From: Azolla caroliniana
Lineage: Eukaryota; Plantae; Polypodiophyta
Length of the DNA stretch: 64,000 bases
Assembly (NCBI GenBank): GCA_043228905.1
Contig: JBHGNT010000009.1
Location: forward strand, 19,220,001-19,284,000
Direction: 5' to 3'
A model generated the notes under the pieces. It was not told the origin of the DNA. It was given only the letters and a program-made list of their open reading frames with translations, and did no database searches. Every line of letters begins with the position of its first letter. Position 1 is the stretch's first letter. Positions 46,212 through 58,816 of this stretch are shown here, piece after piece. Position numbers and translations under genes: made by a program.

Positions 46212-47646
46212 TGTCGTGAAGATCCGTCACTACGTGTGGATCGTGAGGCGGAACCGCCGAGGTTTTGGACCGGAAGGACTCGAAGTTTGCACAAGCTTTA
46301 GCGAGAAAGGAATTAAGATAGATTGAAAGAGAGAGAGAGAGATTGAGATAAGATAGAACGCTTGATTTAGATTGAGAGAGAGATTAAGATTGAATTCTTA
46401 ACTTTAGATTTGAAGAACAAGATTAATACATCAATTGGATAACGAATTTTCTTCTTAATATTAATTTTGATATAAAGTACAAATCTTGCTTTATCAAAAA
46501 AATCTCCTTTCATCTTTTTCCTCTCCGCTTTTATAGATGCCCTCATGCATTTGGGGGTACAAGACATGCATAAAATGCATGTTTGCCATTTGGCGCTCAT
46601 GTATTACATGTGGTGCATCATAACCATGTCACTCATTTTAACTCTCATGTATGAAAATTTACATGTAAAGTTATAATGATAAAAATATAATCTCTAAAGA
46701 AATGATTTGGCTTAATGGTAAGCTTATTGCTTCCTATCTTGGAGGTGTTAAGTTCGAGTCTTACTTACATCTTTTTCTTTTATACACAAAATACTATTAG
46801 GCTTTTGGACCAAACATCTTTAAGACACCATGCCGACCCGACCGATCCATCCAATTTGCATCCGTTTGGTCCGGCCCAATCTGCATCCTGAGTTGCTTGC
46901 CGGTCACCGGCCGGTCGCCCGATGTTGCTGACTCACCGGCAACAGCGGTTGCCGCTGGCTCACCGTCACCGGCTCACCGTATCCGTCGCCAGTTGCCATC
47001 GGCTCACCGACACCGGCTCACGAGCTCCGTTGCCGGATGCCAATAACCAAGTTTACCAACATTGGTCGGTCGCCGGTTCCATCGCCGCATGTTGTCACCG
47101 AATCGTCGATCACCGGTTCTATTGCCAATTGCTGAATCCATCTAGTCACCAGTTGCCAGATGCATACGATCATCGATCGTCGGCTCCATCCGGTTTCCAA
47201 TTCTATTGTCGACCGGTTTGAGTTTCTTCACCAGCCGGTTCAGGCACTTAGCCACATCCGACGACTTAGCCACATATGTCCATCTAGACAAAAGTGGCTT
47301 AAGTCCAACTATATTTTATGTGCTCTCAACACATAGATAAAAAATGATGGATCTCAATCTGCTTATATAGTTGGAGCCTAAACTTTCCTATCTATGTGGG
47401 ATATTTCACACTTTTATTTTTCTCTTTTTCTTTTGCAAAACTTCATACCCACATAAGTTGACACTTAGATGTCTGTTTTTTATGTAGTAAAGTGCATCCG
47501 AAAGCTCTTCAAGACCTCCATCTTCTCGTACCAAGATATTAAGCTAATCTAAAATAGTATCTTCACTATTATTGTTTTATATTATTCATACTCGATTTCG
47601 TATGTTTTATGCGATTTTCACATCATTGGCAAAAATCTTCACGACA
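46212..47646 (-). mobile_element. Solo LTR of the Phygy-like Gypsy family
   Basis: TGTCGTGAAGATCC...CTTCACGACA; TSD ACGT/ACGC. Confidence 0.92.
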
Positions 47647-47929
47647 ACGCGACTAATGTACGTGATTATGGCATCGCAATGGAGTATGTAAAAGCACTCA
47701 TTAGAAGTTGTGGTTGCCAAATGGTGTCGAAGGTCGACCTGAACAAAGGTTTGGGATCAAGCATGGCCAAATATAACTAGACCCTACACATAAAAGTGAT
47801 CAAGGTAGAAACCCACTAGTTAGATCTTGTTCTCACGGATTTGCAAACCAAGTATCGCACACGCTTAAGGAAAGGAGTCAAGAAGGGTATGTGTGTGACT
47901 AGGTATAGTTGTCATCGTGTTGGGACATC

Positions 47930-48398
47930 TCGGCTTGTGAACCGGCTTGCGAGTTGGCTTGGAAACCAGTTTGGAAACCTCCCTCCCTCCCTCTCTCCCT
48001 CTCTCTCTCTCACTCTCAGTGTGTAGTCTCCCTCCCTCTCTCTCCCTCTCTCCTTCCCCTCGATAGTGTAGTCTCCCTCTCCCTCTCTCTCTCTCCCTAC
48101 CTCTCTCTCTCTCTCTCTTCGTCTATGTACTCTCTCTCTCTTTCTCTCAAGTTTCTAACTAAATTCTAACTTTGATGTTTTTCTTTAACCTAACTAGTAA
48201 ACCACATAAACGGCTTAAACGGCTTAAACGGCTTAACCAGTTTGAGTTGGTTTGGCAATGCTCAAGCCAAGTCGAACCAACCTCAAACCATTTAGTCAAG
48301 CTCAAGCCTGAGCCGAGTCGAGCTACTAAGTCGTTAAGCCATTTAAAACCAGTTTCGCTCAACGGTTTAGGCTTGAGCCGAGCCGTTGTCGATCCCTA
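47930..48398. mobile_element. Truncated copy of the hAT MITE family
   Basis: Right TIR CCGTTGTCGATCCCTA, CT core and subterminal repeats as in 41649-42422; left TIR missing. Confidence 0.8.
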
Positions 48399-49639
48399 GT
48401 GGTCATGTACCATGTAGTAGGTTGGATGTGTACCATTTGCCAGCGCACCCCAATGTCATAAGTTGTTGCAAAGATGACCTATTTGATGTTGGGTGTGCAA
48501 GGCATGTAGCACGAATGAGCATGCGTAAGGAAGCATATCATAAGTCCAAGGCTAGTCCATTAGAGCTTGTTAGCTATAGGTTTTTTATGATACCAAAGGA
48601 GGTACATAACATGGAAAATAGGTTAAAAATTGGAAGGCCATGACTAAGGTTGATTGGTCTTTGATGATGCAAGATGCATATGCACTCCGAGATCTTGGGA
48701 AAGTGGCTCATGTTCAACCCTACCTACCTGTGAACAAGGATCTCCCACTAAACAAACATTTATCTTGATGCAATAAAAACGGTCGAGGAAGCACTTCAAT
48801 GTCTCAAGCAATGGTCAGGAACCTTTGACCGTGCAACTATTTTGGAATGTATACAAACATTGGAATATATGACTAAGAAGGTGTATCACATCGGTGCACC
48901 AAAATCAACCAATGAAGAAGATGGCAGTCAATAAGCCGTAACCAACAAATCGGTGCCAAAAGAAGTGCAACAATAGACATCTTGCAAGAACTTATTGGCA
49001 ACTCCCCAAACACCTCCAAATCCCACACCAGAAAACTACAAAGAGGTGCAAGTTGGGCTAGGAGGCGATTGCCAATATGTGACCATGAGAAGGCTCAGTG
49101 TTTGCGTTGCAATGGCTTAACCATGGCTTCAAGGGACTCGATTGTTACATGTTGTAAAAATTGTGGTTGCATTTTGCCATCATCCTGACATGAACCATAA
49201 CTGTTATATGTAACGTGTGTATTCATATTTCATCTTAGGGGTCTAAGGCTTGGATTATTCCCATTGTCAGCATTTGACGTTCTAATCTTTTATGTAAGAA
49301 TTTTTTTTTTCCAAAACAAATATCCTTCCATTAGTTGTATAAAAAGAGTCATAACAACTACAACATACAAAGTTTTTTCCCCCCCATCCCGTCTTTGTAA
49401 GACAGTGGTTGAGGAAACAAATCCAAAATAGAGAAAACAATCCAGTAATTGTAAGTTATTCCTTAGACACAATGCAAGGTATCATATCCATAGACAACAA
49501 CCAAAGTACTTATATTTGGAAACAAGCCCTCGCAGGTCATAATTATGAACCTTTCCTTCAATACTTCTTCAACCTACTCCCGTTCAACATAATCTTTATC
49601 CAAAAAACCGCAATGTTACTAGAAACTTTCAAGGTAGAT

Positions 49640-51320
49640 AATAGTGTACACCTATATATCACAGATTTGAAGGCGATCCAACACATTCTACTGTCAACTC
49701 AACAAATATGCTTCGTCTTTCCACATCAATCATCTCACCGGTGTCACGGTAATCCGCGAGTACGTGTCGAAAGGGGCGGGACCACGGGGGTCTCAAACAA
49801 GGAAGAGATGGATGCCGAGAAGCCGACTCTCTCTGGTCCCGGCTACACCGGTTGTGGAGCAAATTGCAGTGATTCCATACGCATACCGGCGGCTACCGAA
49901 CACGAGGGAGGGAGAGAGAGAGAGAGAGACCACGCGCTCAACGCCGACTCAACACACGCCTCTTATGTACAGGAAACAAAGGGAAAGAAACACACCCGAC
50001 ACCAATAGAGACACAAATATGCACAACCTTTTATATATATAATTACAAGAGCAAGATACAACTTCGGCTTCGAGCCGGACCAAGGTAGGTTAGGTTACAA
50101 CAGCAGTCTGCTGCCAAGCCGCCGATCGGGGAGCTCTCGAGCTCGTCGCGCCGAGCAGGGTCTTGCACAAGAGACAAGGCAGAAGCCTAAACCCCTTAGG
50201 ACATACAAGCTCCTAACCAGACTAAACCCTAAACAGACACGAACTCTCAACCCACACTACAACGAAGAAGAAGAAGACCTCAAAGAACCCTAACAAAAAA
50301 CAAGAAATAAGAAGAAGAAAGATTATCATACCTTGGACCTAATGGTGTACCCTCCTAACTCAAAATGGCCAACCCCTTTACAAGGGACCCTCCCTTCCTT
50401 TTATAGCCCAAGGAGGGAGGGACGTTACAATGTGGGATAAATTCTTCCCCTTATTTTATACACCATTTGTTGCACATTGCCGACTTGCCCATTCCAACCC
50501 GGTTTCACACCAAAGCCGAAAATCTTCACGACACCAATTACCACCAACTTCCTGTACATGACAAATTTGAAGGCAATCCAATACATTATACTGTCAACTC
50601 AACAAATATGTTTCCTCTTTCCATATCAACCATCTCGTTGGTTGCCATCAACTTCTTGTCAAACAACACATTAAGTCAATTTTCTCCTCTCCTCATGAGC
50701 TTATACTTCTGCCCACACATCATGATCACTCATCCTTATCAAAAACATATCAATTGCTTCGTAAAGTCCACATCAACCATCTCGCTGATTGCCACCAAAT
50801 TTTCTGCACATAGGCAATAAAATGAGTTTAAATTCCTCATCTTCTCATGAGAATACGCTTTGGCCTCCACACCATCATCACTCATCCTTATCCAAGCCAT
50901 GAAAATTTCTTCGTTAAGTCCACATCAATCATCTCGCTGAATACCACCAAAAAATCCTGCACATACAACAATACAATGAATCTTATTTTGTCATCTCCTC
51001 ATGAGAATATGCTTCGACCCCCACACCCTCATCACTCATCCTTATCAAAAACATACATTCTTCTTCATCAAGTCCACATCAAACATCTCGCCGATTATCG
51101 CCAAAATCTTGTACATACAATCAATTAACGAGTCTAGTCTTCTCAAGAGACTATGCTTCAACCCCCACACCACAATTAGTCATCTTTATCAAAAAAATGC
51201 TTCAGCCCACACACCAAAATCGTGTACCTACAAAAAGAAAATGACACCACTCTCCTCTCTACTCATTAAATGGGTTAGAACCCTCAACACCTTCATCACT
51301 CATCCTTATCCAAAATTAGA
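49640..51320. repeat. Degenerate ~155-bp tandem repeats interrupted by the solo LTR
   Basis: Recurring CCACATCAAYCATCTCG and CATCACTCATCCTTATC blocks at ~49721, 50621, 50768, 50920 and 51074. Confidence 0.7.
49742..50533 (-). mobile_element. Solo LTR, distant member of the Phygy-like group
   Basis: TGTCACGG...TTCACACCAAAGCCGAAAATCTTCACGACA shares the family terminus; 4-bp flanks CCGG/CCAA. Confidence 0.72.
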
Positions 51321-51888
51321 AGATGCTTCATTTTCTGCAACTCTCACCCTTGTCACTCCACATGATTGCCCCTATCACATCTACCTCTCTTACGTCCTTC
51401 CTGTCAAATTGTAAGTTAAAAAGAGTAAGAAGAAAAAACTATATACCTCACAATTATCTTTGAAATAAGAAAGGACTAGGAGGGAATAGCCAACGTGGTG
51501 GAGCATAATTCCAATGAACTTCATGTGATTCATCCAGCCAGAGAGATATTGGCCACTATATTTTACGAAGTTTTCACCTTTTCTTATGCACCTTTCCCGG
51601 CGTTCCTTTAATACTATCATACTCTTCCTTAACTGTGTGCACCAAGTTGTCCCAAAACATCTTAATCATATTGACCACATTGTACTCGATGCCTTCATAT
51701 GTCTTGCTGCAATGACACTTCCACCACATCCATAAAGCATTAATTGAAACAATATTCCAAACAAAAGAATTTCTAAAATATTTACCACCAACAATGTTTG
51801 GACGAACTGCTTCAATTGTACTCTATGACATACAAAATGCTTCCGCGCATTGCTCTGCCTCGTACAAAGATACATGCACATTCAAAGA

Positions 51889-54800
51889 TGTTGAGAATCA
51901 ACGCTCCGATTCACCTTCACCACTCGGCCACAACCGAGAAATCACGAATCAATGCAGCAGAAAATAGGAAACACAGAGAAAGACACGATAACACAGGGAT
52001 TAACGTGGAAAACCCTATACGGGAAAAACCCACGGGAGTGCAAGACTCCAAACCAAAACTATGCACAGAGAAATATACAATGGCGAGCTGCAAGGCGACG
52101 ACCTTGAGCTCGCTATCCTCGCCACAGGCGGCGGTATTACACAGAGGCGTCGACCTCTCCCTCTCTCACGCTCTATCTCTCTCACGGCTGCTCTCTCTTC
52201 ACTCCTCTTGAGTGGAAAAACAGAAAAATGAGCAGCAACGTAAAACTGTTTGCCCTAAGTCATATTTATACACATATGACTTAGGGCTATTTACAACTAT
52301 AGCCTCAAGGGCCCTTGGCAAACATATTCACAGATATGTCCCCGCATCCGGATCTCTCTCCGGGTACATTCGTCATCCGGCTCCGAAGCCGGGGTCTTCA
52401 TCATCCGGTTCCGAAACCGCAACCGGGCTTGTCGTCATTCATCTCCGACATCCGACCATCCCATCCGAAAGGGACCGTAATCCCAACAAACTCCCCCTTC
52501 ACTTCGGCATGGGATGTCTCTCCAATCCGATCCTCTTCCGGCATGCTTCCAGCTTGTCGGGTGTGAGCACCTTGGTCAGCATATCCGACCCGTTCTCGTC
52601 CGTGTGGATCTTCGTCAGCACGAACTCCTTGTCTTCTATCCTTTCCCGTATCCAGTGATATCTTCGCTGGATGTGCTTCGTCCGGGAGTGATAGGCCGCG
52701 TTCTTCGCAAGGTGGATTGCACTCTGACTGTCGCAGTAGAGTCGGTACTCCTGCTGCCGGATACCGAGCTCTCTAATGAAGTCCTTCATCCATATTATTT
52801 CCTTGCCGGCTTCAACAGCCGCCATGTACTCCGCCTCCGTGGTTGACAACGCAACCGTCTTCTGCAGCCTCGACTGCCATGAAACAGCTCCCCCTGCATA
52901 CGTCATCACATACCCTGATGTGGACCGGCTGGTATCTGCATCAGCCGACATATCCGAATCGGTGAAGCCGTCGAGTTCGGGCTTACCAGAGCCGAATCGG
53001 AGGCACACGTTTGCCGTGCCCTTCAGGTATCGGAGTATCCATTTGACCGCGTTCCAATGCTCTTTGCCGGGATTGCTCATGTACCGGCTCACCACTCCGA
53101 CTGCATATCCTATGTCCGGTCGGGTACACACCATTGCGTACATCAAGCTCCCGACGGCAGAGGCATATGGTAGTTTCATCATGTCCTCCTTCTCAGCCTT
53201 TGTCTTGGGGCTTTGCTTGCTGGACAGCTTGCAGTTTGCCGGGAGTGTTGACCCGACCGGTCTTGCTTCCGACATGTTGAACCAGTGAAGCACCTTTGTC
53301 ACGTACTTCTCCTGTGACAACCACAACTGCTTCTTCTTCCGGTCCCGGATGATGTGCATCCCTAGTATTTGCCTCGCCGGACCCAGGTCCTTCATTGAGA
53401 AGGTTCGGTGAAGAGCCTTCTTCAGCATCCATATCTTGACCTGGTCTCGTCCGACGATCAACATGTCGTCCACGTACAGGAGGAGTATTAGAAAGTCTCC
53501 TCCTTCGAACTTCTTCACAAACACGCAGTGATCGGACTGCGTTTTGTGGTACCCTTCGTCTGTCATGAAGGAGTCGAACTTCCGGTACCATTGTCGGGGA
53601 GCCTGCTTCAGACCGTAGAGGCTCTTCTTCAACCGGCATACCAGGTGCTCCTTCCCTTTCTTCTCGAATCCTTCCGGTTGCTGCATGTAGATCTCTTCTT
53701 CGAGGTCACCGTGAAGGAATGCCGTCTTCACGTCCATCTGTTCTACCTCGAGGTCCATGCTTGCCGCTATGCTCAGCACCGTCCGGATGGAGGTCATCTT
53801 CACTACCGGGGCAAATATCTCGTCGAAGTCGACGCCCTTCTTCTGCTGAAACCCCTTCACCACGATCCTGGCTTTGTATCTCGGGGGGTTTCCGGCATCT
53901 CCCGGTTTCAGCTTGAACACCCACTTGTTACGGAGTGCCCGTTTTCCTTTCGGCAACTCCACAAGTTCATATGTGTGGTTCTCATGCAGGGAATCCATCT
54001 CCTCCTGCATAGCACTTAACCATCTGCGGCTATGGGTGTCATGCTTCGCTTCTTCAAAGCTCTCCGGCTCCCCCTCGTCGGTTAGCAGCACGTGCTCTGG
54101 TTCCGGAAATCTCCGGGGAGCCCTTCTCTCTCTTAGAGGATATCTCCGTTCCGGAGCTTCGGTAACCGGTTCTTCCGATTCTTCTTCATCCGAATCCATT
54201 TCGGGATCGGGGCCGGTTCCGGTATCATTTTCATCTTCTTCGGCCGGTTCTGTTTCTTCACCGTCTTCGACCGGATCTTCGAGTGTTAACCGGTCCCTTG
54301 CCGGTCGGGACTGCTCCTCGTAGAGTTGATTCTCACCGGTCGACTTGGAGCTCTTCATCTTCTTCTCCGACTCCCAGTCGGCGAGTGTCTTGTCCTCCAT
54401 GAAGATGATATCTCGACTCCTGAATATCTTCTTGTCGACCGGGTCCCATACTCGGTAGCCGAACTCGTCGTCGCCGTAACCGAGGAATATGCATGGCCGG
54501 GTCTTTGGATCTAACTTTCCTCTCCGGTCCTTTGCCACATGCACGTATGCGAGACACCCGAACACCTTCAGATGCCGGTAGGATACTTCCCTACAGGTCC
54601 ACACTCTCTGCGGCGTGTCTCCGTCCAAAGGTACTGAGGGTGATCTGTTTATCACGTATGTCGCCGTCGACATTGCCTCAGCCCAAAACCCCTTGGGTAA
54701 TTCCGCATGCGCCAGCATACTCCGGACCCTCTCCATTATGGTCCGGTTCATCCTCTCGGCCAGCCCGTTCAGTTCGGGCGTCTTCGGCACAGTAAACTCG

Positions 54801-57203
54801 AGCCGGATTCCCTTCGAGCGACAGTACTCCGCGAACTGCCCCCGGTATTCCCCTCCGTTATCCGCTCGTATCGCTTTCAGCTTCTTGCCGGATTCCCTTT
54901 CCACTCTCGCATGGAGTTCTTTGAAGACGGACAATACTTGGTCCTTTGTCTTCAACGGTGCCGTCCACAGCTTCCGGCTATGGTCATCTATAAATGTTAC
55001 GAAGTACTGGGCTCCGCCATGTGACTTCGTTTCTACCTGACACACATCAGTGTGCACCAACTCCAATGGTGCGCTACGTCTCGTCTGTGGCCTTGAGTGG
55101 AAGGAGGTTCGGTTCTGTTTACCGGCCAGGCAATCGGTGCACTTCTCCAGGTGCACACGCTTCACTGGAATAAGGTTGTCTTCTGCAAGCCTCTTCATCC
55201 CCTTCTCACTCATGTGGCACAGTCTCTTGTGCCACAGCTCACCGGCAGTGTCGGCTGCCACGTTCAACTCTTCCGGACACAACCAGGCATTCATAAGGTA
55301 CAGTGTGTTGACTTTCCGGGCCCGAGCCACTATCAGGCTCCCCTTGCTGAACTTCATTACGTCGTTCCGGATGCTACCTGTGTAGCCTTCATCGTCTAGC
55401 CTCCCGGCCGAAATCAGGTTCAATCGAACCTCCGGAACGTGTCGGACATCCTTCAGCAGCATTTTGCATCCGGTCGAGGTTGTCAACCACACGTCTCCTA
55501 TGCCGGCAATCCGGCACGTACCTTCATTTCCCATCCGAACACAGCCATGCTCACCGACTGTGTAGGATGAGAAGTATCTTCTCTCCGGGGTCAGGTGGAA
55601 CGATGCTCCGGAATCGACCACCCAGGTCGTCTCATCGCCGGCAATGTTTAGTTCACCTTCTTCGGTGATGAGCATGATTTCTTCCTCACTTGCCGCGAGT
55701 GCCGTCGTTCCTTTCCGGTCCTGCCCTCGCCGATCCGGACCTCTCCGGCCCGTGGCTCCCCGGTATGCACCGTTTCTCTCCGGTGACTTCTTCGAATCGG
55801 TGTCGTCGGCTCCGTTGTCCTTTCGGTAATGCCGACAATTCTTCCGGAAGTGCCCCGGCTTCCCACAGTGGAAGCATGTGGGTCTTCCTCTTGACTGCGA
55901 CCGGGTCCCCGACTTCTCCCGTCTTTGCGGACTCCGGTTCCATTGTCTTCCCCGTTCCGATTCGGTAAGCAGCGCCTTCGAGTCGGAGGCCGGTTCTTTA
56001 TCTCTCCGACGCGCTTCTTCGTTCAAAATACTTGTCTTTACCGTTTGTAGGGACAAGTTATCTTCGGTGCAGGAGGTGCTGAGAGTCACCACCAAGTTCT
56101 CCCAGCTTTCCGGCAATGTACACATCAGGATGATGGCTTGCATTGCATCCTCCAACGGGAACTTGATCGCCGCAAGCTGGTTCACGAATCCCATGAACGT
56201 GCTTACGTGTTCCACCATACTCTCGCCGTCCCGGTACTTGAGGTTCACTATCTTCCTCATCAGGGAGGTCCGGTTCAACGCATTCTTCCTCTCGTAGAGG
56301 CCCGACAGCTTCCGCCACATCTCATATGCGTTGGTGTCGTTCGCCACATGTTGTAGAACGCTCACGTCGACGTATTGCCGAATGGTTGCAACGGCTTTCC
56401 GGTTCAGAAGCCTCCATTCCGACTCAAGTACCCCCTTCGGTATTTCCGACCTGTCAATCGGTTCGTACAGGTCCCGAACAATCAGAAGATCCTCCATCTT
56501 GATCTTCCAGTCGGCGTAATTTTGCGCATTCAGCACCATCATCCCCGGCTGCCCGCTGCTGCCGCCTTCCATTTTCTGCACTGCCGTCGCTCTGATACCA
56601 CTTTGTTGAGAATCATAGCTCCGATTCACCTTCACCACTCGGCCACAACCGAGAAATCACGAATCAATGCAGCAGAAAATAGGAAACACAGAGAAAGACA
56701 CGATAACACAGGGATTAACGTGGAAAACCCTATACGGGAAAAAACCACGGGAGTGCAAGACTCCAAACCAAAACTATGCACAGAGAAATATACAATGGCG
56801 AGCTGCAAGGCGACGACCTTGAGCTCGCTATCCTCGCCACAGGCGGCGGTATTACACAGAGGCGTCGACCTCTCCCTCTCTCACGCTCTATCTCTCTCAC
56901 GGCTGCTCTCTCTTCACTCCTCTTGAGTGGAAAAACAGAAAAATGAGCAGCAACGTAAAACTGTTTGCCCTAAGTCATATTTATACACATATGACTTAGG
57001 GCTATTTACAACTATAGCCTCAAGGGCCCTTGGCAAACATATTCACAGATATGTCCCCGCATCCGGATCTCTCTCCGGGTACATTCGTCATCCGGCTCCG
57101 AAGCCGGGGTCTTCATCATCCGGTTCCGAAACCGCAACCGGGCTTGTCGTCATTCATCTCCGACATCCGACCATCCCATCCGAAAGGGACCGTAATCCCA
57201 ACA
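51889..57203 (-). mobile_element. Intact young Ty1/Copia element D (Tnt1/Tork-like, sister of C)
   Basis: TSD AAAGA (51884-51888 / 57204-57208); 600-bp LTRs 51889-52488 and 56604-57203 with about 3 mismatches; iMet PBS at 56589-56600; PPT. Confidence 0.97.
52499..56572 (-). CDS. Copia gag-pol polyprotein, 1357 aa
   Basis: Uninterrupted ORF from MEGGSSG, near-identical to 8678-12781 but with one instead of three PVTEA units. Confidence 0.95.
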   Translation of the reverse strand: MEGGSSGQPGMMVLNAQNYADWKIKMEDLLIVRDLYEPIDRSEIPKGVLESEWRLLNRKAVATIRQYVDVSVLQHVANDTNAYEMWRKLSGLYERKNALNRTSLMRKIVNLKYRDGESMVEHVSTFMGFVNQLAAIKFPLEDAMQAIILMCTLPESWENLVVTLSTSCTEDNLSLQTVKTSILNEEARRRDKEPASDSKALLTESERGRQWNRSPQRREKSGTRSQSRGRPTCFHCGKPGHFRKNCRHYRKDNGADDTDSKKSPERNGAYRGATGRRGPDRRGQDRKGTTALAASEEEIMLITEEGELNIAGDETTWVVDSGASFHLTPERRYFSSYTVGEHGCVRMGNEGTCRIAGIGDVWLTTSTGCKMLLKDVRHVPEVRLNLISAGRLDDEGYTGSIRNDVMKFSKGSLIVARARKVNTLYLMNAWLCPEELNVAADTAGELWHKRLCHMSEKGMKRLAEDNLIPVKRVHLEKCTDCLAGKQNRTSFHSRPQTRRSAPLELVHTDVCQVETKSHGGAQYFVTFIDDHSRKLWTAPLKTKDQVLSVFKELHARVERESGKKLKAIRADNGGEYRGQFAEYCRSKGIRLEFTVPKTPELNGLAERMNRTIMERVRSMLAHAELPKGFWAEAMSTATYVINRSPSVPLDGDTPQRVWTCREVSYRHLKVFGCLAYVHVAKDRRGKLDPKTRPCIFLGYGDDEFGYRVWDPVDKKIFRSRDIIFMEDKTLADWESEKKMKSSKSTGENQLYEEQSRPARDRLTLEDPVEDGEETEPAEEDENDTGTGPDPEMDSDEEESEEPVTEAPERRYPLRERRAPRRFPEPEHVLLTDEGEPESFEEAKHDTHSRRWLSAMQEEMDSLHENHTYELVELPKGKRALRNKWVFKLKPGDAGNPPRYKARIVVKGFQQKKGVDFDEIFAPVVKMTSIRTVLSIAASMDLEVEQMDVKTAFLHGDLEEEIYMQQPEGFEKKGKEHLVCRLKKSLYGLKQAPRQWYRKFDSFMTDEGYHKTQSDHCVFVKKFEGGDFLILLLYVDDMLIVGRDQVKIWMLKKALHRTFSMKDLGPARQILGMHIIRDRKKKQLWLSQEKYVTKVLHWFNMSEARPVGSTLPANCKLSSKQSPKTKAEKEDMMKLPYASAVGSLMYAMVCTRPDIGYAVGVVSRYMSNPGKEHWNAVKWILRYLKGTANVCLRFGSGKPELDGFTDSDMSADADTSRSTSGYVMTYAGGAVSWQSRLQKTVALSTTEAEYMAAVEAGKEIIWMKDFIRELGIRQQEYRLYCDSQSAIHLAKNAAYHSRTKHIQRRYHWIRERIEDKEFVLTKIHTDENGSDMLTKVLTPDKLEACRKRIGLERHPMPK

Positions 57204-58816
57204 AAAGACCCCCATGTAAAAACTGCTCCCTTATATTTACAAGAAAACATCCTCAATATTCTTCCCCAATACTTTCGAGCTACACTACAAGTCCAAAATA
57301 AATGTTTTAAAGTTTCCTCCTGTACTTGGCAACACACAACGAGGATCATCGACTTGCCCTTTTAAATGAAAACCTACAGGTAAAGCATAATGAATCAGTA
57401 ACCACTTAAAAGAAATTGCTCTTCGCATACATGGTAAAGCCCATAAACTTTTCCAAAATGCCACCATATATTGATGTGATATAGCACCTGACTCCCAATA
57501 CTTTTGGGCAATAGGATTTACGCAATGTCGTTGCATCAAAAAATGTCTCCCATATGCCATAGAGTATTGGAAAAAGGGGAGAATCCACTCACTTGTTCAT
57601 TTGTCAAGGAACAGCCAACCAACCGTCATGCATAATCAATTGGGTCCCACTTAAGATGTGCCACCGGCTTACTTTGGAATATCCATATTTGTATTGCATG
57701 ATCCACCAAAAAAGGGCTCGGATCTAAGAAAATTTTATTATCTAACCGAGCAATAACCCTAATGAGTTTTTCGGAGGCTAGTTGCATAACTTCAGCTTCT
57801 TCATCCACTAAATATAAAAGACCACCATCACGAACCTCATAAAATCTTATTTGACCCTGATTAACATAAGCTCGAGCACCTATTAAAACACCCAAAGAAG
57901 AGAAAAGACCATACCATGTATAAGTATTAGCCAAATTAAGTTGCCTTTGACTATTCTAAAAAGTTTGTTGAATCTGCTTAGACATCAAACAACCCCCACG
58001 CAAGGAAGATAAGAATTGTTTTTTGTCATCCTCTGAGAGCATTTGAAACCGCTCCCAAGCAGCCACAGAGGTAGTTGGTCCTGAGTTCATTTTTCCCCAT
58101 GATAAACACGGTCTAATTCCTAAAACACAGCCAGAGCTATCAATAAACAAAGGATTCCATAACAACGGTTGCCTTAAAATTTGGGCTTCTATCGTTGGAA
58201 GTTGAAATAAGAGAGCCTCTATAATGTCCTTCCATGCCCTCAAAATACCTGTAAAGAATCTCATAGAACCAACATTATGAGTCTTAATTGGAAATTCAAA
58301 GTTAAACAACTATCAAAAACTATCTTGCCATTGTCCTCCTATTGTAGCTTTAATGTGACGAAGAGATAACAACCATAACTTTTTCCACAACTCATTCCCA
58401 GGCATAAATCCTCTCACAACATGCTTTGCAAGAAGGGCCTTATTCTGGAGCAAAGGTTCTATTAAGCCAAGTCCACCTTCACGTATCGACATTCCTACTC
58501 CTAAGAAAATCAAAAAAGGCTTCAGAAACTAAAATAAACAGAAAGGGAGCAAGTGGAAACCCTTGTCTTACTGACCGGCAAAGTGAAAATCTACCACCAA
58601 CAATCTTTTATGTAAGACTTGTTATTTGAATCTTTAAGTTGATTTGTTATTTGAAGCTTGGAGATATAAGTTTATGTGATTTTCTAGTTTTAAGTTGCAA
58701 GTTTTGAGCAATTGGAAGTTTAGGTTTTTTTGAGTAAATTTTATGCATAATTTTCATGGAAAATATTTGTTGTACACCTACAGTTTTTCGGAGTTTTTGA
58801 TGTTTATTTCTAAGTT

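Larger units (their letters stand above)
45938..49190 (+). pseudogene. Second Mutator-like relic, fragmented by a solo LTR and a hAT MITE (probably starts near 43630)
   Basis: SKASPLELVSYRFFMIPKEVHNM..DWSLMMQD and CLRC..CKNC match 37906-38640; the frame reads through the 46212-47646 insertion. Confidence 0.62.
51460..58520 (-). mobile_element. 5'-truncated L1-type LINE ORF2 relic (57209-58520 and 51460-51883), split by Copia D
   Basis: EGGLGL...NKALLAK, zf-RVT-like C..C...ETLKHLFWTC, and LWMWWKC.C near the C-terminus; many stops. Confidence 0.78.
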
